Below the pieces are notes generated by a model. It did no database searches, was not told where the DNA came from, and was given only the letters and a program-made list of their open reading frames with translations. Source: Monocercomonoides exilis PA203 (taxonomy: Eukaryota; Protista; Preaxostyla). Taken from it: a DNA stretch of 64,000 bases. The position numbers and the translations under genes are program-made. Positions within the stretch are counted from its first letter, which is position 1, and each line of letters starts with the position of its first letter. The stretch covers positions 1,240,001 to 1,304,000 of the forward strand of contig LSRY02000019.1 in assembly GCA_001643675.2 (NCBI GenBank), written 5' to 3'. Of this stretch, positions 13,622 through 23,600 are shown in pieces.

Positions 13622-14961
13622 ATGAAAATTGCTGTGGAACAAAAGAGAATTGCTAGACAAAGGAAATTACGTGCTGCAATGAAATCTTTCGATTACAGAA
13701 GGATTGACAATCAGCTGGAACGGATGGCGCGCATTGTGGTTGATGGAGTTGTCAGGATTACAGACGCTATAAACTCCATGGAATTCTCACACAAAAGGAT
13801 TAAAAATGCTGAACGGGCGCTTAGAAACAAAAGGCTAGTTTCAAAAGTAGGAAGACCACAATTTGTTATTGGAGACAAAGAACAAATTGTACTGGATGAA
13901 ATTATCATTGAATCAAGATCTGGAAGCTGTTTGCCTATACGGAAAGTTCGCGAACTGGTTTGTTGTTCTTAAATAATTAATAATTCTAATAAATATTTAA
14001 GATGGAAAATGTGATAAATGATACAGACGACGAATACGCCCCATACATTGACGTTTCAATGCTCACGGCTAATTAATTTGTGAAGTGCTATCCAAAGTTG
14101 AAAGGAAGCGCTCTCAAAAAATTTGGATGATTATAACCTTTCGGTGTCGGGCCAAAGTATTCTACAGCCAAGGTATTCATTGCTTGACGATTCACATGAA
14201 TATATATATGATAAAAAGAACAAATATTCAATATGGATGAGTCATTAACGAGAGTTCCAGCCACTTCAAAGCTGAGTGTGGTTCATCCTAAAAATGAAAA
14301 TCCAGTACTACACAAAGAACCACCAAAAATGGCGAATTCTACTCAAGTTGCTGCTGTGGCCGCTGATGGATTTGCACTTCCTTCTGTGATTCTATGGCCT
14401 AGCAAGAGACTTCCTGATGAAATGAAGCCGCTGCTTTCACAGGCTCTGGATATCTGGCAGAACGGAAGTGGTTGGATGGGCTGCAATCAATTCAAAAAGT
14501 ACGCACTAACAACACTCCTTCAAGGAATTATCGATGGCAGAAAGCGCATGTCACTGGAAAACTCTCGCTGCTTGTTCCTCATCGACTCACACATTTCTCG
14601 CGCAGATCCGACAATCTGGAGAGAATTTCAAAAAGAAAATATCGACGTCGTCACCTTCATTCCTCACAGAACACATATCGCCCAGCCTCTTGATAGAGGA
14701 GTCTTCGCTGTTCTCAAAACAGAACTGCAAACAAAATATGAACCTCCATCTTCATCAACATCTTCATCGAAAAGAACATCTCTTGTGGATGTTCTCCCTC
14801 AAGCAATTCATACCACCCTCTCACTTGCTGTCATAAAAATATCCTTCGCAACGAGTGGAGTTCTTCATAATGAATCTGGACCGATTCTCATGAAGCTTCC
14901 AGAAACATCAGAATATCAACCTTTATCACATTCAAATAGATTCAACTTCTATGGCAAGTAG
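13622..14961 (+). pseudogene. DD35D (DDE_1 family) transposase pseudogene
   Basis: Catalytic motifs IFNMDES, FLIDSH and QPLDRGVF, with 35 residues between the 2nd and 3rd Asp. The basic ORF 13622-13972 is the probable DNA-binding part. The linker has in-frame stops and frameshifts, and coding-like sequence continues past the TAG ending at 14961. Confidence 0.88.
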
Positions 14962-17647
14962 ATTACTGATGAGAAGCTTCTGAGTGATTGGAGTGAACAT
15001 TTAGGAATTAAAGAAGAAGAAAAAGTTAAAAAAGAAAAAAAAGTTGATGATGAAAAGAATTTTTCAGAAGAAATGAAAAAAAGCAGAGCAAAAAGAAGAT
15101 AATGAGTTAGAGTCTTTGGTTGAAATGAAAAAAATAAAGAGAAAATTTGAAGTGAAAGAAGATGATCATGAAAATGAAAAGGAAGAAATAAATGAAATTA
15201 ATAGAAAAATATGAAAAAGAAAAGTTATAAATAAATTGGATTCATCATTTTTGTTATTTTAAATTTTATTAAATTTTTTTTCATAAAAAAAAAAGGTCCC
15301 GATAAATAACTTACACTATAAGAAATATAAAAGTGGAACAAAATTCAAAAAACAAAAAATTTCGTCCCAGATTTGAGCTTATAAATTTCAAGAATCTCAG
15401 AAAGCACATTTGAATAGTATTTCTTTTTCAAATGTCAATTCTGTAACAAAAAATTGAAATTGTTTTTGGAAAAATTAAATTTTCATATAATTTAATTTAA
15501 AATGGCATTGAGATCATATTATAAATGTCCATTTTCTTGTAAAAAGGCAAGCTTTCACATTATAAATATAGTACATCTTCTACTAAATTTTTATTGTGCA
15601 TTTCCATCACATTTCAAATGGATAAGTGGCTTATCTGACGAAGATTCAATTGAAGCAAATAACTTTGAACGTTGTGGTTTATCCAAAGCATTCCCGGTTT
15701 TAAAAGTCCTAGAGAACAGCATTGATTTTTATTTACGCTGCACTGCTCGTTTTTTCATGATTGACATTTCTATCTTCCTTCGTCACCCACTATTCATTAT
15801 TTTCAGTTTTGGTTCTTTAACTTGGAGTTGTCGTGCTCATAAGGCGGTCAAATATTTTCTTTTTCTGGAATCCTTTTCATATTTCAAGCACAATTTTTTC
15901 TATTTGGCAATCGAACCGGAGTAGAAGGCAGAATGAATGAATAAATTGTATTTTAACAGAAAAAACTTATGTAAGAAGAAGGCTTTGCCAAGACTTAACG
16001 AAGTTACCAAATTGGTTGCCAATGCTACAACATCTTGTCATTTGCACAAAAACAACACAAATAATATGTGTGGAAGCAGTCGTTCTTTTGCTTTGATCTG
16101 CCACATCAGAGTCAATGGATCACCATTAGAATGCCAAACTCAGATCAAAATGGCAGCAGAAATTGCATTTTTCAGAGAAATACAACTTTTGAATGAGCTA
16201 GAAATCACAGAAGGTGCGAGCGAACTTCACGATTATAATTTTTTATTGGAACGGATAAGATGATTTGAAGGATGGCTGTAGTTCAAAGCTGATTCATGAC
16301 GCGAGAGAATATGCTGCGTTTTGCGGGAAATATGATAAGCAGTTCAAGGGCGTGCAATCCTGGATTATTTGTGAAACCAGTGCAAGATACAGAAGCATTT
16401 CAGCTCCTTCGATCTTGAAGAGGAAAAAAAAATACTTGAAGAAAGCAGGGGGAAAAAAACATCCAATGGGAGGAGTTCCGAAAGAGAGAAAAATAAAATG
16501 AAAGACCAGCGGTGATATTAATGCCGAAATCAGGCTGGAGTATCTTCTTGTTTGAGTTTGGATTTTTGATTTGAAAGCGTTACTCAGGAACAAAAGCAAA
16601 TGAAACTTATCATGCCAAGAATAGAAATTCTTTTTTAATCATTTCAATGCTGCCTCGCCTCTTCTTTTTATTCAAAAATAAATAAAAATGGAAACCTTTT
16701 GCAACGTATGTGCCTCATTGGACAGCAGCCTTCATTTTAATTTCTAACAGTTCGAAAGCAATTGGCCAGAGATTTTGCGATGGCACGACTGAGATCGAGA
16801 AGGGGAGGTGCTTTCGGCTGCTTATTGGAAGAAAAAGCCAAAATAAAAGAAAGACATATAATGGGAAAAGAAAAATTGAAGGGAAGTTTTGAGAGGTCAA
16901 TGAAATTGTGGATTGCGGCCATTTGAAGAAGAAGCAAAGCGGTTAAATGGATTGTTGAATCAAGAGATAAAGACAAATTTGATAGGCATACTGCAGAAAG
17001 TTTAATTTATAAATTGATCTGAATTGGAAATTGAGCAAAGAGTCCAGCAAGTTGATGAGATGGAGCAGCAAGCAACTCGATGCCCAACATCAAAAAATAC
17101 TCAAAAGAAAAATAATTCGAAAATAATAATAATTATTATAATAGCGATGAAACTTTCAACAAAACACAACAAATGAATCGAGGATATTCCAACAACTGGC
17201 GTGCAGCATCTCGGCTGCAACAACAGAATTTTCAACGGTTTTTTTCACCTGTTTCAGAATTGACTTTTCTTTCACAATAATTGTGATCGTTTCATTCATA
17301 TGCATGACTTTCCTTCTTTTTTGATTGGAAGTGTTCTGACAGCGCTTCGTTTTTAACTATCAACTTCATTTTTCAAAACAAAAGCTGTTGATTTGCACCT
17401 GCAGATTGCTGCTGATCATTCAAATACCCAATGGAATGCACTGAAAGATGAATGACCTGATACTACTATATATCTGGCTATGTTTTGGCGAATTTGTAGT
17501 TTCAATCTCTTCAAAGACTTGATTTGAAACATTCTTGGGAATTGTATCATTTTGAATCCTATGAGCGAACAACAGAAAATAAGCATTTTCCTGTTAGCAA
17601 GGCTCATGAGTGTTACTGAATCGATGAATCATTAGGAGCATGCTTGC

Positions 17648-20600
17648 TTAGCAATTGTGTTGTGTGTTTCTGTGTGTTGTTGTTGCTGTTGCATTTGATG
17701 AAGCAGTGGCAGATTGGGGAAGGAAGCTGCCACGATATCCATAATCTGTGTCAGGCTCGAAGTCGACAGCATCAGACATTGTGAGCATGACAGCGCCTGC
17801 AGGGAAGTGCTGAATGAAGATCCTCTTGAGGCTTTCGAGCGATGGTCTGTCTCCAGGTGCACGCGACCAGCATTCCTTTGCCACGCTGGCAAAAGACGAA
17901 CTGCAGATCCTGTCGATATTTGGCCTCTCCCCATTCACAATCTTCTGCCCCGCCACCTCTGCCTCATACTCTCCAAACAGGATCTCCAGCGTCAGACACT
18001 CCCACAGCATTATCCCAATCGAGAACACAACTGATTCCTTTGTTGCTCCCATCTTTTTGTTGATCAGCATCTCAGGTGCCTTCCACCTCATACACTCTTT
18101 TCTATTGTCATCCTCATCCTCAAATGCTGATGATGGCGGTGGCGAGTCTTTCCCATTTCTGTTCACAGTGGAGCAATCAGATGTTGATGTGACAACGGTT
18201 GATGAAGAGATGGATGAAGAATCTGAGTCTGAAGAAGAGCAATCGGAATGAAGTGCAATGCAGATGACCATGTGCTCAGAGAAGAGAACAATGTGAGGGC
18301 TGAGATTGGCCAGCGAAGAGAGTTCATTTTCTTCGTCTTCAAAGGAGTGAAGCGCAAGATTAGCCGCCCAGAACAGGATTTGGGCAGCTGTCATCTCTCT
18401 TTCTTGCAGAGTGTCAATCGCCATCTCTTTCTTCTCATTTCTTCCATGCAGCAGCATGAACAGCGAATCCCTCAAGTCCACAATCAGCTTCTCATGGGGA
18501 GACGAACATGCCATTGCATCCACCAGATTCGACATGGATGATGTTGTGGGACACAGATCCTCCCCTCGAACAAATGTTGAATCTGTGTCTGAAGTGTCTG
18601 TTGTTGAGGTGGATGAAATGGATGGAGAAGGTGTTCGCTTTCTTGTCTCTTCTTCAACCTTCTCCAGTGCCCATTGAGGGATCTTGTCTGAGTCTCTCCC
18701 CAGAATGTATTCGGTTGATCCACTTTCACTCAATAAATGCTCTGATGATTCAGAATGCCCCAAGCTTTTCGCATATACTCTCTTCTTGATCCTCTCTTCG
18801 TTCTTCTTCTCAGCCTCCCTCTCTGCTCTCCTCCACTGCTCCTCTGGTGACATCTCCATCGTCACCATCTCAAACGCTTTTGGATCCTTTCTGATGTTGT
18901 CATTCACAATCTCTCTCAGATCTTCTGCTTCATTCTTCACCTTTCTCCACCGAATGGCCAGAACAATTGAAACAGCAAGAACAATTAAAAGAATTATCGC
19001 CATTACAATAACTATTATTGGCCAAAGTGTTTTTCCTTCTTTTCCTTTTTCAACGATTCTTTCATCTTCTTTTTGCGCAATCTCGCTCCTGTTCTTCAAA
19101 AGAAATTGTGCTGTAGATGCTGTAGCATTTAGGCTTCCAAACAGGATGCTTACAGCCACTTCTGTGGTGTCAGGTACCGAAGTCACGATTGAGGCTGGGA
19201 TGACTGCATGGATTTGTGTTTCATTTTCAAAGAGTTCTGCTTGCAGCGGATATGTCTTGAGTTGATGGAGGGAGCCGTCGATGGAATCAATCTGGAGGAG
19301 CAGGTGGCAGGGGAGGAGTAAAGAGCCGATGAGATCCAGAGAAAGTGCATCGCCTTGGATATGTGAGTTAACTGAGTGCAGCTGTGGGATGAAGAATGGG
19401 GAAAGCCTTTCTGAGGCCAAGCCTGCAAGCGTGCAATCGTCTCCTGCAATCCACATTGAGGTGTTGGGGAGAAAGCCATCTCCTCCCTTGAGGCTGATGA
19501 TGTTCAGGAGTGCGTTGTGTGAGCAGATAACGTTGTTTCTGATGGATGGGTATCCAGCAGCGTTTGGATTGTTGCCAGAAAACATCCCAAACTGAATAGA
19601 AATGTTTCCGCCAGAGATCGACAGTCCTCCCTTGGACGAATTGGCGATTGTGGTGTCTTTTATTGCTCCCGAGCAATTGAGAAGATCGATCATGGAGCCA
19701 TTCCACTTGCACAAATCTTTGAATGAATCTGCATTGGATCTGAGTTGTTGCAGGTCAGTTTCTCCATCAAATGCACACGAAGTTATGCTTGCATTGGATT
19801 GGCCAGATAAAGCAGAGATGCTCCCTTTATCTGAGGGAGAGACGCATTTTCTGAATGAGCAGTTCTCCAATTCGAGCGATGGTGATGAAAGTGAAGCAGC
19901 CATGCAGCATGGGCCCATTGAATCTCTGGATATGTTTTGAAACGATGATTGCCTGATACTTAATGAGGAATTTGCATATACAAGGTTCACAGCACAACCA
20001 TTTGTCAACACTGTTTTTGTCGATGACAGATTGTTCATCTCGACATTTGCATCTTGGCATTCGATGGAAAGCAAGGAGCCAGACAGCACGGATATGGCAT
20101 CAAATTCGGAATGATAGCACTGGATGTTCAAGCAAGCACCAAAACCGTCTGAGGAAAACACAATCAAGCTTGTTTTGCTCTCAACATTTCTGACTTGAAT
20201 TTTTTGGAGCTGGGAATCTTTGCAGTTGTGAAGGATCAGAGCGGATTGTTCAAGTTCACAACTGGAAATAAGCACCTGCAGCATGGAGAGGTTCACCAGA
20301 TTGCGGAAATCAAACAAGATATCAGAATTCACATCAGAAATGTTCAAGTTCATAAATGAGCAATATTGTCCCCCTTTTGCTGCTACGCATGGAGAACCAA
20401 AATGGAGGGAAGCAAAAGTGCATTCGTTGATCAGCAGCCTGCCATTCTCCACGAGAATGATAGAGCAATTCAACCTCTTTTCAGGATAATCATTCGAAAC
20501 ATCTTGGGAGAAGAGTGCATCTGTAATTGACAAGCTGCCATCAGTCAGGGATAATAAGCTGGAATATGGAGAAGAAAACGCGCCTCCGAACATGAATTTC

Positions 20601-23600
20601 AGAAATTCGATTTTCACTCTGGATGCACACGTGAGAAGGCTGTTCATCCTGCTCTCAATGCTCCTGTTCAGGAGGATTGTCCCTCTGTCTCTTTCCTGTT
20701 CCAGCGACTTGATCGAGACATCATGGATGCTTGCTTCTCCAGAGACCAGAGAAATCTCGTCAACGAGCAAGTTGCTGTAAACAGAAGGAATGATGTGAGA
20801 CAATGCAACATTCAAGGAAGAGCAGGGCGCATTGATAGCTCCGCACTGGCGTGAATCTGAGGTGTTGTCGGCTGAAGAAGAAGCAAATATTGTCTCACTC
20901 TGATACACAATCACGAGGAGCAAGAGATCTTGCTCGTCAGCATAGTTTTGTGCAGTGCATCCCCAAATGGCGAGCTCCTGGTTGTATGGTGGCCTGAAGT
21001 CGAGCTGGAATAGCTCGCTCCTTATTTGGGATTCCACATTGGAGCATCTCACATATATGTCTCTTCCTCTGAACGCCTTGTTCTCCAAGAATGTGATATT
21101 TTTGAAGAGGAAAGGCAGCGAGCTATCGCTTGCAATTGATGAGCAATCCAGAAATATTGCACCTCCCCTTCCAGTCGCTGAGCAGAAGCACTCCGAGATT
21201 GTGGATAAAGTGCAGCGAAATAATGCTTCTTCATCTAACCTCATGGTTATGCATCCACCGCTCTCACTTTGGCTGCTTCCACAGTTCTTTATGGACGTGT
21301 TTTGGGCAGACACGCTAAAAGGCTGGCTGCCAGAGGAGCTGATGATGGAGGGTTCAAAAGGAGTGCTTTGAAGAAGCGAGTGAAGGGTGCAGTATTTGAG
21401 TTGCACTGTTGGGCAAATGTCTTCGTTGATTTCCTGTGTCATTGCTGGTGGCATCACTTGCGGCAACACTTCCACAATGCTTTTGCCCATGAGTTCAACA
21501 TTACCCGTAGAGACATTTGATAGGATAGAACTGCTTCCGCACGATGCAATGAAGATGTGACCTTCGCATTTGATGGACTGAAATGAGCAAAGCGACAATT
21601 CACAAGTACCAGAAAAGCAGGCAACGACACAATAAGGAATCGCTGTTCCAGAGGTGCTGGTAAACAAGCAACTTTGAGCAGAGAAAGCTCCAGCAGCAGT
21701 GCTTATCAAACATGTTTGGCTCCATCCCGAGCCATGATCACAACAGATATCGATGCTCAAGAGGGAGCATGCGCCAGTGTTTGCCAGCACAGAGTCAGTA
21801 TGTTGCTGCTTTCCTGGCTGTGGTGAAATGGCTGCTGCAAATATCAGAGCAGAGTGAGAGTCAATATCGGAAGAGGTCAGAGTATTGTTTGAAATGTCGA
21901 CTTCGCAATCCACTTGAACTTCATCGACGACGAGGAAAATACTCATGTTTGCTTGTGCTGGATTATCTGAAGCACAGAAATGCTTCTGGCCATACTGCAT
22001 TGTTGCGCATGGCTCGCTCTTGCTCCCGCAGCGAAGAACATCCCAGCCGCTGTTCTTGCTGAGATAGATTTCTTGAGAAGAAAATCCAATCAGAAATCTG
22101 CACAGATCGAAGTTTGCTTTTGTGGAGTCGCTTCCGATGAACAGATTTGTATCATCTGTTGTCTCACTCACTTCAAGCGCTAAAGACTGGTTTGTGATGG
22201 AAACATTTAGGTCTGATGAAAGAAAGAACATGTTTTCCCCGTGTTTTGCAGAGCACTGATCAAAGGCCATCTGCTGGAAGGAGAATGCATTGGAAGCCGA
22301 ACAGTCAAAATAGATGCCTCCTCCTTTTCCAGCCGTTTCACATTCAGCGCAGCATTTTGTGAATGTTGCGTTTTCCATCGTAAATTGCCCTTGAGCTTCA
22401 ACAACAACTTTCATCGCGCCTCCCTCGATGCTCTGAGTGCTTTTGACATTCGTGACATTCCAATGGGAGCACTCAACACAGCTTGAAATATGGGATGAAA
22501 ACAGCACTGCACTGTTTGCATTTGCATGGACCATCCCTTCAAAAGAACATAAAACAAGAGATATGATCCCACTGCTCGTTGTGGCACCATTCAGGAGTTT
22601 TGCTGCTGATGATGGAATCGCATGGATAAGAGGATGATTGCCGATATCTGTGTTCTTCACATTCAATGAAATGATTGTTGCTTGAGTGCTCGTGTCGCTC
22701 TCACACACGGCTATGGGCGCGTGCTGAAGGCAGTCTGAACTTAAGGTGCAGCTGTAGATATTTAGTATTCCTCCACAAATCTGAAACAACCAGTAACCCA
22801 TCTGGCCAAGCTCGCCTTGTTGCATTCCGAATGAGCAAGATTTCATTGTCAGCATGCCTTCAGAAGACAAGAATATCAAGGCTTCGATCTCAGTATCAAA
22901 TGAAGAAGGAAGCAAAAAGTGGATCAATTCGACGGACACATCCCCTGTTGAAGCAATCACTTTTCGTGTTGAGGCCTGCAGCGACTTGATGCAAGTGATT
23001 TCGGCTTTTGAAGTGTTTGATGATTTCAAATCCAAATTATGCAATGTCGTTTCGTTTTCAATTGTTGCTGAGGCAAGAACAGCTACTGCCTTTGCGTTTT
23101 CTTCGTCCAACCTCTCCACACAGTAATTGAGCGAGTGGCACGGATAATCCGAGAATCCACACACCACAGTATCAACACCGTCATTGCTCCTAACATGGAT
23201 TGTTTGCCCAACATCCTCCAAAAACAAAACCAACGGAATTGAATGCTCATGGTCAGTCCCAGTGAACCCTTGCAAACTGTCGAAGGAGCTGTGCCCCAGT
23301 ACATAGGCAAATGGAAGTGTTTCGTTAGAAATTGATTCATGGAGATTTGGTGATTGGACAAACAAGTCGTTTCCGTGTTTCGCTTTGTTAGGCTTTTCCA
23401 CAGAAAAAGAAGGTGTCTCAATTGTTAATGAAGCATCTGAATGCCCAAGATCCAGAAAGATTCCTCCTCCATATCCCACATGGGAACCAAAAGGTGCTTC
23501 ACATTCTTCAAAGGAGCATGATGAAATGGTTGCAGAGCATGTATTTTGAAGTGAGAGGAACAATGCACCTCCTCCATTTCCATCTGCAACCACCCTGCAA

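Larger units (their letters stand above)
13263..15316 (+). mobile_element. Decayed pogo/Fot1-like DNA transposon, copy 2 (mirror image of copy 1)
   Basis: TA at 13261-2 and 15317-8; TIRs at 13263-13292 and 15287-15316; internal transposase remnants. Confidence 0.88.
13178..23337. repeat. Right arm of large inverted duplication (10160 bp)
   Basis: Reverse complement of 2171-12312; both boundaries read directly from the sequence. Confidence 0.97.

Noticed and set aside
2171-23337. The palindrome as one giant composite transposon or Polinton/virus with long TIRs
   Set aside because: The outer ends fall within coding sequence with no TSD, and no polymerase, integrase or capsid genes are present.
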